Shown in pieces: positions 33,655 to 45,224 of a stretch of 64,000 nucleotides of DNA. Source of the DNA: Prasinococcaceae sp. CCMP 1430 (taxonomy: Eukaryota > Plantae > Prasinodermophyta); NCBI GenBank assembly GCA_013416795.1, contig RQSC01001302.1:62001-126000 (forward strand), in the 5' to 3' direction. Under the pieces are notes generated by a model. The model was not told where the DNA came from. It made no database searches and saw only the letters and a program-made list of their open reading frames with translations. Position 1 is the stretch's first letter; the number at the start of each line of letters is the position of its first letter. The position numbers and the translations under genes were made by a program.

Positions 33655-35858
33655 CTAGTCGTCGTCGAGGGAGCCGCCCTCGGTGTCAGCGTCAGATTCG
33701 CCGTCGGAGCTTGTGTCGGAGAGGCCGTGGTCGTAGTCGTAGCTGCCGTCCGCGCGGCCGACACCCGTCGCCGGCCTCAGCAGCTGCGATGCGCGCGCGC
33801 TCGTTCGCGTCAGAACGCTGGGCAGTGTTCGCGCCCGTTACTAAGCGTGCATGAGTGCGCGCACAGCGCGCCCCGAACGATGCCTGCGCTGACAGAACCT
33901 CTCCGCCACTCTCGCACCTTTGAGCCTGCCGCCCTTCGCACGGTTGCGACGCCGCCAAGCCGCATGAGCCTCGAGGCCACCGCCACTGCGTCGCGGAGAA
34001 CAGCTGCCGCCTCTCCAGCAGGGTGCACCACTCCCAGACCGAGCACGTCCGCGTGCACTTGCGGAGTCCACGCATCTCCCTCCAAGTCGACCTCGGCGCT
34101 GCTCTTCCACTCAAGCGTCTCGCCCGATATCGCCGCGGTCAGGTGTGCACGCAGCTCACGCGCGGCGCAATCGCACATGGAGGCCGCTGCCGCTCCGTAC
34201 ACGATCACACCCATGCGTGAAGGACGAACGCAGCGGCCGCAGCTGCCAGCATCTTGTTCGTCGTCGCAGCACGCTCGACCGTCGCCAGCGTTAATGGCAT
34301 CGCCGGCGCTTGAAGCGAGCGGGCGGTGTGCCATCCGCAGCGCAGCCATAGCTTTGGTGACCGCGCGCTGATCACCGCATGAGCGTAGCAGCGCGAGCGG
34401 TACAGCCTCTGCCGCCGCACGCAAGACCCTGCGTGCGGCGGCGCGCACGGGTGAGTCCGCTTGTGCCCCTGCACACAGCTCGCTCGCTATGGCCATCTCG
34501 GCGGCGCCCCCGCCGCCCTCCAGCGCGAGTACTCCGTCGCGTTCGCTCGCAGCGCAGGCGGCTGCCACCACGCGCAGTGCGAGCCGCACCGCCCGCGAGT
34601 ACGTTCCAGCGAGGGCAGCGGACGGCGCAGCAACCACGAGCGTATGTGCGCGCAGGCGCGCGCGCTCGTTGTCGCCGACGCGAACAGTGGTGTCCACGCT
34701 GGGCGTGACGCACAGGCCCGGCATCCCCCCAAGCTTGATGACTGCCACTGCCCCTGCCCTGCCCATTGCGGCGGCTTCGAGCGTCGAGGGTAGGTTGTCA
34801 GGCATGACGTCTGCGCCACACGCACGCGCAACGCGCTCGGCCTCATCCCGCTCAACAAGCATTGCGGCGGCGATGCCGGCGGCGTCGAGCGTGGCCACGG
34901 CCAGCTCAGAGAGCCGATGCGTGCACAGAAGCAGCGCACAGCCACGCGTACGCAGTCGCGTCACGCGCTCAGCAAGCATGGCCGTCTTCCATGCTCGGGC
35001 ACTGGCGCGCGCGTCGGCGCCGGCAACGCGGACGGCTACTCGCATGTTGCCATCCGACACACTCTCTAAGTCGAGTGGCGCGTCCAGCACAGCCACGCAG
35101 ATGGGCTCACGCCGGTTGTGCACCCCTGCCTGGGGTATTGCGTGCCGTGCCATCTGCTGCCGCGCGAGCCCGCTCGTGCATACGACGCCTTGCAGCAGCG
35201 CCGAGGCCGTGAGCGGCGCTGCACCAGCGGATGCGACGACCGGTGGGGACGCCGCGAGTGTGCGTGCTGCCGCTGCCCATGCCGGAGCGTCCGCGTGCGT
35301 TCCATCGCTGCTTGTTGCACCAGCGGTCTCGCGCAGCAACGCCAGCACCAGTCGCGCCAGCGTGGACACCGCTGTGGGCGCGACCGAACCGCACAGCGCG
35401 GTGTGCACGAGGCACGCCGCCGCGCCCCAGCAAGCTGGCACGCGCACGCAGGCCGGCCGGATGTCTTCGTACGCTTGCTCAGCTAGAAGCGCGAGCTCGC
35501 GCGCAAGCGCCGCCTGCCATGCGCCTGCCGCCGTTGGCGTCCTTGCCGCTCGCCGGCATTCTGTGTCGGCGGTCGCAAGCGCAGCAGCAGCCATGAGCGC
35601 GCGCGCGCCTGCGCCATCGCCCGTCACGTCGGCGCCCTCCACGCATGCACTCACGAGCGCGCGATAGAGCGGCCCAGCTCCTGGCGCTGCGGCGAGGATC
35701 ATTCGGGGCGAGCATGTCGCGACAGCTGCCGCGCGCTTCGAAGCGCTCATGAGCAACGCATCCACGCCCAGTGGCCCGAAGCTCGGGGTCACGCGCGTTG
35801 CAGCGAGCGCCGATGCCGACACGGCAGCTGACAAGCAGTCTGCTGCGCTGACCAGCAT
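33655..35858 (-). CDS. Divergent group II chaperonin-like protein, BBS10-like, 689 aa
   Basis: Exons 33918..35858 and 33655..33783. SFGPLG, VTGDGA, GGGGAAEMA and C-terminal GVVHP..RLMRLGGVATVRR. The canonical CCT GDGTT and TNDG motifs are degenerate. Confidence 0.65.
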
Positions 35859-36316
35859 CGGGGCCAGTGCTCACTCCCTCTCCCCGCCCTCTCACCCACT
35901 CACTCTCTCCTTCTTCTCTTGTGCAAGAGCGTGCAGCCGCTGGGTGGGCCCGGGCCAGGTTGCTTGCTACCTCCACGCGTGTGCCGCTGCCGTCATCTGC
36001 GCCGGCGGTCGCGCGGCCGCGCCCGCGGCCGCGCAGCCGCGAGCGCGGCCGCGCCGACGCCCGCACGCTCTCTGCCCGCCCAAGCGGCCCGTGCGTGGCC
36101 ACCGCAGCCCCGGGGCACCCCCACATTTCTTTGTCCGCCGTTTGTTGCAGCCCCCCATAAGTTGACGTACGATCTGATGGTGCTTGCGCAGTGGACGGCG
36201 GCGGCGCGACACAGCGCGCGCGCCTCGCGTCCCGGGCGCAGGAGGGGCGCGCGGCAGGCGCACGGAGCGCGCGGCTGGCGCGCGCGCGTGCGCGCGCGCT
36301 CGTCCGGCGGCGCCCC

Positions 36317-36838
36317 ATGGGTGCCGAGCGCTTCCTCCCGTACCTGCCGCTGCGGCTCGCCAAGCTGCCCGAGGTTGGCTCGCGCACGCTCGTCTTCCGC
36401 TCGGAGCCGAGCGTGGGCAAGATCGAGGTGAAGCGCTACCTGAGCGCGATGTACGGTATGGACGTCGCGCGCGTGGACTCGGCGAATCACGAGGGCAAGT
36501 GGCGGCGCTCACGCGCGCCGCAGAGCCGCGCGCTCATGAAGGACCTCACCCCGCGCGCCCGGCAGAAGGTGCGCGCGTCGTGGGTGCGCGTCAAGCCATA
36601 CAAAAAGTTCTGGGTGACGCTTCACAGGCCCCTCACTGAGGCCGACCTGCCGCACACGGCGGCGGCGCGCGCGGAGCTGGAGGCACGTGTCGAGGCCGAA
36701 GGCCTCGAGAGCCAGGTGGTCATCGAAGACCCCGAGCCCGAGCCGCTGCACGCGCCGGGCATGCGAGGCTTCGCCGCCTCGGCCTCCGACCGAATGCCGC
36801 GCGGCGCGCTTGGCAAGGTGCGCCGGGGCGAGCGGTGA
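36317..36838 (+). CDS. MRPL23: Mitochondrial ribosomal protein uL23m
   Basis: FLPYLPLRL..LVFRSEPSVGKIEVKRYLSAMYGMDVARVDSANHEGK..PYKKFWVTL. Confidence 0.87.
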   Translation: MGAERFLPYLPLRLAKLPEVGSRTLVFRSEPSVGKIEVKRYLSAMYGMDVARVDSANHEGKWRRSRAPQSRALMKDLTPRARQKVRASWVRVKPYKKFWVTLHRPLTEADLPHTAAARAELEARVEAEGLESQVVIEDPEPEPLHAPGMRGFAASASDRMPRGALGKVRRGER

Positions 36839-37470
36839 GGAAGCGGCCAGACGAGTCAGTGCCGTAGGCTGGCGGGCGGGAAGGCGACCGTGAGGCGGCG
36901 CATGCGCCCCTCCCCGTTCCAACCCACCCCTGCTCCGCCCCCGGCTCCCGCGGCTGCGCGCCCTAAACGGCGCCGCAGGGCAGCAGTCCCAGCCAAGACG
37001 TGCGCCCCATGTACACTAGCATCTGTATTCATATGATTTTTGAATTAAGTTGACCCACGGGAGAGCGGCGTCCCGGCCCCGCCACGTTCCCGTGGCTGCC
37101 ATTCGGCCCGTTCCCCCGGCCGGTGCATGCAGCGCGGGCGCTGTCCGGCCACCCCGCGGCTGCGCCAGCGCAGTCCGCGGCGCCAAGCGGCGGAGCGGGC
37201 GGGCGGGCGCGGGCGAGGCAAGGGGAGGTGGACCGAGGGCAGGGCATTGGAGGAGACAGGGGCAGCACCCACGCCAACGCAAGGCGCGGGCACACTGCAC
37301 CGAAGCAACGGCCGCGTGTGTGGGGGGGGAAGAGGGAGGGGGCGCAGTGCAGCGCGGCACGGCGCGGCGCGCCAGTGCTTTCAGGGGGCCGGCCAACTCT
37401 GAGAGGACACCGGGACGGCGGGGCCTGAGGCAAGCGGGCAGACGCAGGGAGAGGGAAAGGGGAGGGGGGG

Positions 37471-38976
37471 ATGGCGTCGTCCACAGGGCGTCGACGAAAG
37501 TCGGAAAGTGGCTCGGTGCCGGAGGGCAGGCGGCCCGTGGCTCGCGACGACGATGGCGATCCGCTTGGCCCAGAGGCTGTGGCGCGCGCGCTCAACCGAG
37601 CGCGTTCCGGCAAAGCAGAGGCGGAGGCGGTCGCGGCCGCAGCGACTTCGCGGGCGGCCGCTGCCGAAGCTAGGCTCGCCGTAGAGACCAAGGCACGCCG
37701 CTCGGCAGAGGCGCGGCTACATGATGTGAGCGCTCGCTCGCTCGTGCTGCAGGAGAGGGCTGTGGCAGCGGCGGAGGCGGAGGCGCAGGTGGAGGCTGCG
37801 GCGCGCGAGAGCAAAGAGCTGCAGGCAGCTGCCTCCGACGCGGCGATGCGTGCAAACGCGCTGGAGGCTCAGAATTGCGATCTGCGCGCTGCGCTCGACG
37901 CCGCGCTGACGGAAGGGCAGGTCGGGTCCCAGTCGCGCTCGTTGCTGGAGCGGCGCGTGCACGCGCTCAACGCACAGGCGCGCGCCGCAGATGAGAAGGC
38001 GCGTGCTGCCGAGCAACGTGCACAGCGAGCGGAAGCACGTGCCGCCGAGCTAGAGAAGGCTGTCGCATCGCACGAGGGCGTTGCAGTGGTGGATGCATGC
38101 AACGCCATGGGCGCCGAGGCGGGGCATGGGGCATCGGGATCGCCAAAGTCGCGTCGCAGGGGCGATGCCGACGACGCGCCTATGATGCGCATTGGAGTGC
38201 TTAAGCAGGTCCCGCGCGCGCAGCAGCTCGTCCTGCGCGTGCGCGTTGCCGAGGGCGATGCGCAGCGCGCTACGGCACGTGCAGACGCCGCCGAGGCGGC
38301 GGCGCTTAAATCTGAGGCGGCGCGGGAGGCGGTGCAGGACCTTCTCGACGCGTACGAGTCGTTCGGCGGGGCGGACAGGCTGAGCCAGCGCGCGATCAAG
38401 GCGGAGGCAGAATTGAGCGCTGCTGCGGACAGGCTCGCCGAGGCGGAGGCGGAGCTCCAAGCAACGAGGAATGAGCTCGCTGCAGCGCGACGCGACAAGT
38501 CGGCAGCGGAGGCGCATTTGCTACCGCTGCGGGCGGACGTCACGGCCCTCAACGAGGCGCTTGCGCAGAGCAAAGATGTGTGCGGCGCGGCGCTCAAGCG
38601 GGCGGCCGCAGCCGAAGAGAAAGCGCTTTTCGCGCGCGCGCGCCGCATGGGTGAGCTTGGCGCCGAGCCTGGTGTGCACCCGACGCCAGCTGCGAGTGGC
38701 CGCTTCACTTCCGGCGTTGCGCAGAGCCCGGCGGCACCAGATGTGCCTCTCGCCTCGCCGACAGTGCTCTTCCCGACCTCAGCGCAGACGCACGTGTCGC
38801 AGCCGTCTCCATCAATCGCGGCGAGCTCGCTCGTGTCACCCGCACCCGCGATGCGGCTACGTTTCCCATCGGCATCGCCAGCGACGGGCTCGCGCCTTAG
38901 CGCGTCCGCGTTGCACTGGCAGGCCGTCAAGAGGCATTGCTCCGAGCTGCGCCTAAAGCTTGCGGCGCCATCCTGA
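37471..38976 (+). CDS. Ala/Glu/Arg-rich coiled-coil protein of unknown function, 501 aa
   Basis: Single ORF with heptad-like composition and an S/T-P-rich C-terminus. Confidence 0.75.
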   Translation: MASSTGRRRKSESGSVPEGRRPVARDDDGDPLGPEAVARALNRARSGKAEAEAVAAAATSRAAAAEARLAVETKARRSAEARLHDVSARSLVLQERAVAAAEAEAQVEAAARESKELQAAASDAAMRANALEAQNCDLRAALDAALTEGQVGSQSRSLLERRVHALNAQARAADEKARAAEQRAQRAEARAAELEKAVASHEGVAVVDACNAMGAEAGHGASGSPKSRRRGDADDAPMMRIGVLKQVPRAQQLVLRVRVAEGDAQRATARADAAEAAALKSEAAREAVQDLLDAYESFGGADRLSQRAIKAEAELSAAADRLAEAEAELQATRNELAAARRDKSAAEAHLLPLRADVTALNEALAQSKDVCGAALKRAAAAEEKALFARARRMGELGAEPGVHPTPAASGRFTSGVAQSPAAPDVPLASPTVLFPTSAQTHVSQPSPSIAASSLVSPAPAMRLRFPSASPATGSRLSASALHWQAVKRHCSELRLKLAAPS

Positions 38977-39540
38977 GGACATAAGAAAACCCTCTGGAGC
39001 GTGGAGCCTGGCGCATGCGGTCTGCGCGGTCTGTTGACGACCATGCTCAGCAGACGCACGCGTGCGCACTCAAGCCACCTCCGTGCGATGGAACCGGCTC
39101 CATGCCGCGTAAGTGGTAGCTCGGTTCCCTTGGGCTCTCCCCGGGGGCTCGGGATCTCGTTTTGTCTTAAATTGCTTGCGACCATCAAGCACACCAGTCC
39201 GGCCCGAGCGCCACTCCAGCCCTCCAGCCCACCTACTTCTAAAAAAATTGCCACAGTGGTCTGTGAGAAGTCGCGTTGGCCTTCATCACACACCCCGCCT
39301 CGGCACCAGGCACACGCCACCGCGCGCTCACCCTGGTCGCCTTTCCCCGCCGCACCCATCCCCACCCCCCCATCCCCCCAACCCACCCACCCACCTACAG
39401 TACCCTTGTCCCGCTCCTGGGGCACCACTGCACGCAGCGCGCCACGCCATGAGCGAATTCAGCTGCGCGCATCGCCCTCGCCGGCTCTGCCTTGAGCTCT
39501 CCTCCGTTGGTGCCGCGCGTGTCTGGTATTGTGTTGCGGC

Positions 39541-40398
39541 TCAGCGCTGCGCGTGGCCGGGGCCGGGCGACATGCCGGCGGGAAAAGCGGCACCGCCGGC
39601 ATTGCCGAAGCTGATGAGGTTTGGCGAGGCACCGATGGAATTCCTGCGGTTCTGCATCGCCGACACGCTCGCCCACGCCATGGCCAGCCCAGGGCTCACA
39701 CCGAGCGACGAGTCTACCATGGGACTTGAGCCAAAGATGGCCTCCGGCGGCGGCTCTTGCAGCGAGGGCGCAGCCTCGGGGTACTGCGACGTGATGAGGC
39801 CGATCGTGTGCGCGCCGTTGCTACCAAAGATGCCCGCAAAGTTTTCGTCATCCATCGCGTCGTCCTGGTCCTCGTCCATGACCATCACACCGGTGGGCTC
39901 GGTGATCGACGTCGCTCGTGACCTCCTCCACTTCGCGAACTCCTCCTCGTACGACTTCCCCATCATGGCCACCTCCGCCGGTACGCCCTGCCCGGGGCCA
40001 GCGGGGGGCTGCTGCGGCCTGGGGATGGCCTGGTGCTGGCTCGAGGGCATCGGCGCCGACGCCATCGGGTAGTTCATTCCAGGCGGGAGCCCCATCTGTT
40101 GCACCTGCTGCGGCGTGAGGGACATGCCGGGCGGCAGGCCGTACGACGCGGGTATCCCCGTGCCTCCCGGGCCGCTCATGCCCGCGCCCATGTGCCCCTG
40201 CTGCGCCGCCATCGCCTGCTGCTGCGCGAGCACGGCCGCCTGCTGCGCATCCTGTCTGTTGGGCGGCAGGGCCGCGCTGATGTCCGGCACCGGGATCGTC
40301 GGGTCGTGCGCAAAGTTGCACCGCGCGTTGGGCCCGCGGATGGCGCGCGCGGCCGCGTCGTACGCGCGCGCGGCCTCCTCGGCCGTGTCGAAGGTGCC
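39541..40398 (-). CDS. AP2/ERF transcription factor, last exon only; N-terminal half of AP2 domain lost at N40421
   Basis: Acceptor GCAG at 40399 then GTFDTAEEAARAYDAAARAIRGPNARCNF, followed by a Q/M/P-rich and acidic tail. Confidence 0.9.
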   Translation of the reverse strand, partial: GTFDTAEEAARAYDAAARAIRGPNARCNFAHDPTIPVPDISAALPPNRQDAQQAAVLAQQQAMAAQQGHMGAGMSGPGGTGIPASYGLPPGMSLTPQQVQQMGLPPGMNYPMASAPMPSSQHQAIPRPQQPPAGPGQGVPAEVAMMGKSYEEEFAKWRRSRATSITEPTGVMVMDEDQDDAMDDENFAGIFGSNGAHTIGLITSQYPEAAPSLQEPPPEAIFGSSPMVDSSLGVSPGLAMAWASVSAMQNRRNSIGASPNLISFGNAGGAAFPAGMSPGPGHAQR

Positions 40399-40421
40399 CT
40401 GCGCGGCGCGCGGCGCGGTCN

Positions 40422-41167
40422 CGGCCTGTGGCGCACCTGGCACACTGCCGCCGGCTCTTGTGCCTCTGGCTATGCGCTTCTACCACTTCGCGCGCGGCAC
40501 GGCGGCGGCGGGCGGCGCGCCGCATCCGGACGAGGTGGCGCTTGCCCGCTCGCGACTGCGCACCTCAGGCCTCGACACAAGCTGCTACATCATGCCGCGT
40601 TGCTGGATGGTCGTGCCTGGCGCCGAGACCGAGGAGCTCGTCGATGTGCTGCCAACGAACCTGGTGCTCATGTCGAACGCGTGCGTCGTGCTCGACGCTG
40701 GCTCACACACTGTGGTGTGGGTCGGAGCAAGCGTGTCTCCCGACGAGAACGCCGGGGTCATAGACAGGTGCAATGCCTTTGCCACAAAGCTCGTCACGGG
40801 GAGGTTTCCGGCCCCGACATTGTTGACAGGTGCGATTCGCTGCGGGTATCACCCGAGGCTCCACGCGACCTATGAGCGTTCCCTTCCCTGGCCTCGCGAC
40901 TGACATCGATGACGGCGCCCCGCCCCATCCGCGCGCCCGCGCACCCGCGCGTCCGCAGTGCGCGAGCACAGCTCCGCGTCCAGACAGGTGCTCGCGCGAG
41001 TGGCTCCTGCGCACCACGACCCTGCCCCAATGCAGGATAATGCCTGCGCGTACGTCCGCACGATGCTGCCCGGCCAGCGCGCCGAGCTCATGAGGAAGCT
41101 CGCCACGATTCCCACCGACGAGCTCGGCTTCTCAGATTGGCTGCAGGAGCTCATGGAGGAGGTCTGA
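40422..41167 (+). CDS. C-terminal part of a divergent Sec23-like protein (resembles Arabidopsis SEC23A); 5' end lost at N40421
   Basis: Exons <40422..40829 and 40959..41167. VVLDAGSHTVVWVG, RFPAPTLL and RVAPAHHDP..FSDWL match the Sec23 helical/gelsolin-like C-terminus. Confidence 0.75.
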
Positions 41168-42147
41168 TCCGTGACGTGACCTGGGCTCAAGCGAGCAGGC
41201 CGGCGGACAGGCCGGTGGGCAGACGGGCGGCTGCACGGGCGGCTGCAGCGGCGGCTTCGCCCCCGCTGCCGGCGGGTCCCCCTCCATCGCTGCCGCGCGG
41301 GGGCGCGTCCGGGCGCGCGTGCGGTGTGGCGCGGCGGCGCCCCCCTCGCAAACATTCGACGTCAACACGTGCAAAAGTGCAATATGACTCAACATGTGGT
41401 GCGTGTGTGTCCCGCATTCAGGCCCCGGGCCCGAGGCGCATGCGTTTCGACCTCTCGACGTGCGCACGCGCAACGGGGCGCGACCCGGGTGCCGCGCCCG
41501 CTCGGCCGGGAGCGATCCCGGTGCGCCCGAAGGTGACCTGGGAAGGAAGCGGTATCCCGGACAGACCCGAAGAAATATCAACAATCGAGCGTTTTTTTTT
41601 TCCCTGACTGAATAACCGACCGCCGAGGCCCGTTTCAGGAAGGCCGGGCGGGGCGCGGGATGGGTCGGTTTGGGGTTTGGGCCCGGCATCGATCGCGATC
41701 GAGGCTGCAAGAAAGAACAAGAAGACCTGCCCCCACCCCCAAAAATGCGCGCATCGGGAGTCCTGAGATTCGACACAGACACTCGACACTTTTTGAACCC
41801 TGAGGGGAATGGAATGAGAAATGAGCAAGGTGGGTTGAGGGATTCCGCGGGTCCGTGCGCGGACGCGGCAGCGCGCGCGGCTTTCCCCCGGCGGCGAGCG
41901 CGCGCGCGTGGCCGAGGCCAGGGTGGGGTGTGGACACGTGGCGGTGCGGTGCACGTGGGCAGGGGAGGAATTCGCCGGGTGCGCCGAGGCGGCGCGCGGC
42001 GCAGGGCGCCGCAGGTCACTGCTCGCACCGCGCACCTCGCACCTCGCACCTCGCACCGCGCCGGCGGCAGGAGGGGCGAGGAGCGAGCAGGCAGGCAGGA
42101 GGGAGGGGCGCGTGCGGCCGAGGGGCCGGCGGCACTGTGCGGACGAG

Positions 42148-42637
42148 ATGTCCAGCTCTGACGCAGCGCGACGCTGAGGGCGGCGCTGCTCGCGGCGCCC
42201 GGCGCGCGCGTCGGCGCGCTGGCGTGGCGCAGCACGCTCGCCTCGCGCATCTCCTCGCTCGAGCGCGTGTGGCTGAGCACTGACGCCGACACTGCTGGCC
42301 CTGCGCTGCATCGTGCCAGCGGCTCCTGGACGCCCCTCCCCGGTGGCGTGCCGCTGCGCGTGTCGGACTTTGCGACGACCATCGACCCCACTGGAGAGTA
42401 CGTGTATCTCTTCGGCGGGCTCACGTCGGGCAGCGCCGTGGAGGCGCGCGCGTGGCGCTTCGACACGCTTCTCGAAGAGCAGAAGCAGTTGCCGGACATG
42501 CCGAGAGGGGCCAGGGACCGCATGGGTGGCGCCTATGGCGACCGCGGCGCGGGCCACATCGTGGTGCTCGGTGGTCTCCGGGACGACACTACGCGTACCG
42601 TAGGACACGGTGCGCATATGGCAGGAACGTCGTGTAA
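42148..42637 (+). pseudogene. Kelch-repeat fragment (about 2-3 blades) with probable frameshift
   Basis: YVYLFGG..AWRFD..LPDMP and HIVVLGG. ATG 42148 is out of frame by 1 nt near 42167; no further blades before the MAPK 3' end; TGTAA at 42633. Confidence 0.5.
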
Positions 42638-42806
42638 GTTTGCGGCACTTTTTGCGCAGCTGGCATGGCCATCACGCCACCCACACCGACACCGGCCTGT
42701 CAGGGAATGCCTGCATCATTACTGCGCCACTGCTGCGCTCGCTGTACGTGCCTCCGTCGCGCATTTGAACGAGCACACGCGCCGCCAGCTGCGCTTGCGC
42801 TTGGGT

Positions 42807-44049
42807 TTACTCTGGGTGGAAATTGCACGCCTCCTGGTAGATCATCTGCCTGATGGCCGCTTCGCCAAGTTCCTCGTGTTCAAAGTCGAACGAGAAGTTG
42901 TCGCGACAGGTCGGCTCCATGGCAGGATCGTGGAGGGGCGCGAGGTACGGGTGCGCGAGTGCGTCGGCCACCGAAATCCGCTTCACGGGGTCGAACTTGA
43001 GCATACGCGACACGAGGTCGAGCGCCATCGGGTTGGCGTCCGGGTATATGGACGCCAGCTTCTTTGGCGCCGTGCGTGGAAGCTCCTTGATGAACTTGCG
43101 CGCCCGCGAAGACTTGATGAAGTGCATGTCCCCGTCCGAGGGCTGCCCGAGGAGCTCGATGATGAGCTTGAGCTGGTGCACATAGTCCTTGCCCGGCAGC
43201 ACCGGCTTTCGGCCGAGGATCTCGCACATTATGCAGCCCACAGACCACACGTCGATGGCGGCTGTGTAGTCTTCGCAGCTCAGCAACAGCTCGGGGGCGC
43301 GGTACCAGCGTGTGACCACGTAGTCTGTCATCACGCCCGACATGGCCGCCGTGCGCGCCAGGCCGAAGTCACAAATCTTCAGATCGCACGATGCGTTCAG
43401 CAGCAGGTTAGACGGTTTGAGGTCCCTGTGCAGGACGTTGGCGGAGTGCACGTACTTGAGCCCCCGCAGGAGCTGGTAGACGAAGTATTGACAGTGGTCG
43501 TCGCTCAGCGCCTGTGGCGATCGGATGATCTGGTGCAGGTCGGTGTCCATCAGCTCGTATACCAGGTAGACGTCCTTGTAGGACGTCGGCTGTAGAGGTC
43601 TCATGACGTCGGCGAGACGCACGATATTCTCGTGCTGCAGGTGGCGCAGCAGCTTGATCTCGCGCAACGTGCGGCGAGCGTCGGTTGTGTTGGCGAATGC
43701 GTCGGTGATCTTCTTGATGGCCACCTTGGAGTTGGTCGACGCATCCTTGGCGGAGCATACCACACCGTATGCGCCCTTCCCGATTGGCTTGATGGGCGTG
43801 TACCTGACAATGGCGTTGCACGCGCCGCAATCGCGACAGGGCGCGCACCCCACCCGAACGTTGGGGGCCACCGTCAAGTGGCCAGACGTCACGAGCGAGT
43901 GTCAGCGCGGCCACAAGCCTGCGTTGAGTAACGGCGGCGCACTCGGGAGCGCACCGCGCGAACGCAGGTCACCCGCACGCCTGCAAGGCCACGCACCTGA
44001 GGTCGATCTCGAAGAGCGTTCGCCAGAGCACAAACTGGTGCTTTCCCAT
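42807..44049 (-). CDS. ERK-clade MAP kinase (plant group C-like N-terminus) with TDY activation motif, 349 aa
   Basis: Exons 43997..44049 and 42807..43803. [18 protein letters not shown]|[24 protein letters not shown] and [23 protein letters not shown]. Confidence 0.95.
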
Positions 44050-45224
44050 CTTAGCCGCTGCCTGAGTGCTCGCCGCATTGCCCGCCGCCGTCGCGTCCAT
44101 TGCGGACGCAACGACCATGCAGGGGTGCGCTCGCGCTCGCGCCCGTGCGCTCTAAAGCGCGCCTGACGAACCTCGCTCGGGCAAGCGCGCGACGGCCTGT
44201 GGTAGCTGTCCGCAGCAGCAGCTGGGGGAAGCGCGAGGTCGCACGCCGCGGGCACGGACAGAGTGGCAGAGTGTCGCCTCGCCACCGCTCGCGCGGGTGC
44301 CCGCGTGCGTGCCCCGTGGGAGCGCGAAGGAGAGGGTTGGGGAAAGCGGCGCTTAGCGCGACGTCGTCCACCCTTCTCCCCTCCGCGGCGCTACGCGCCC
44401 ACGTGCCGGGAAAGCGCACGCGCCTGCCCGCTTCCGCGTCGTCCCCGCTCGCCCACCCGCCCTCTCACCCACCCTCTCCTCCTTGCCCTGCGCAGCGGGT
44501 GTGGCCTCGCTGGACCCGACCGAAGAGCGGCTGCCGTGCGCGCGCGGTGTGCCCCGCACGCGATGTGATCCGCGCGCCGCCCTCGTGGGCCCCGCGCCCT
44601 TTCCCGCAGAGCGCGCGAGCCCAGCGGCGAGTGGGTGTCCGGCCACGCCCCAAGGCGTGCGTGCGCGCATCGGACGGTCGCCCGCCCCCCCACCCCCACC
44701 CGCACCCGCACCCACCCCCTGGGCGCGCACCTGCAGGGGCGCCCGCCTGCCGGGGCGACGACAGGTACAGCGCCGTACCCGACGGGCGCGTGCCTGGCTG
44801 GCTGGCTCGGGGCGGCGCGTGCCCGTGCGCCGGGTGCGTCCCGGGGCCTGCGGCGGTTCAACAGACTGAGTTCCCTCGCCGGTGCCGGGGGACCGGTTCC
44901 CCGCGCTCCCCGGCCGCCCGGGCCGGATCCCGCCGCCAAACCGCGGGCGAGGCGCACGCACGAATGGCTCAAAGAATCATGATACCGGGTACCATCAGTC
45001 AGTATGCAGTCCTGTACGTGCAGCGGCGCTCTCCAGCGTGCACGCGGCACTCTCGTGCGAGCACACGTGCACGCGCTTTCAGCACGAGGCGGAATCGGCA
45101 GTTCCATGTGTAGATGGGCGAGCGGGCCCCCGGAACGCCCCTCGGCGGCGGCTGGATCGCAGCGAGCTGGATGTAGCCGCCGCCCAAAAAGTGACACACC
45201 TCACATTTTGGCCCGAACACTACT

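Noticed and set aside
40398-40430. AP2-Sec23 fusion or overlap
   Set aside because: The genes are on opposite strands and meet exactly at an N; best explained as an assembly join.
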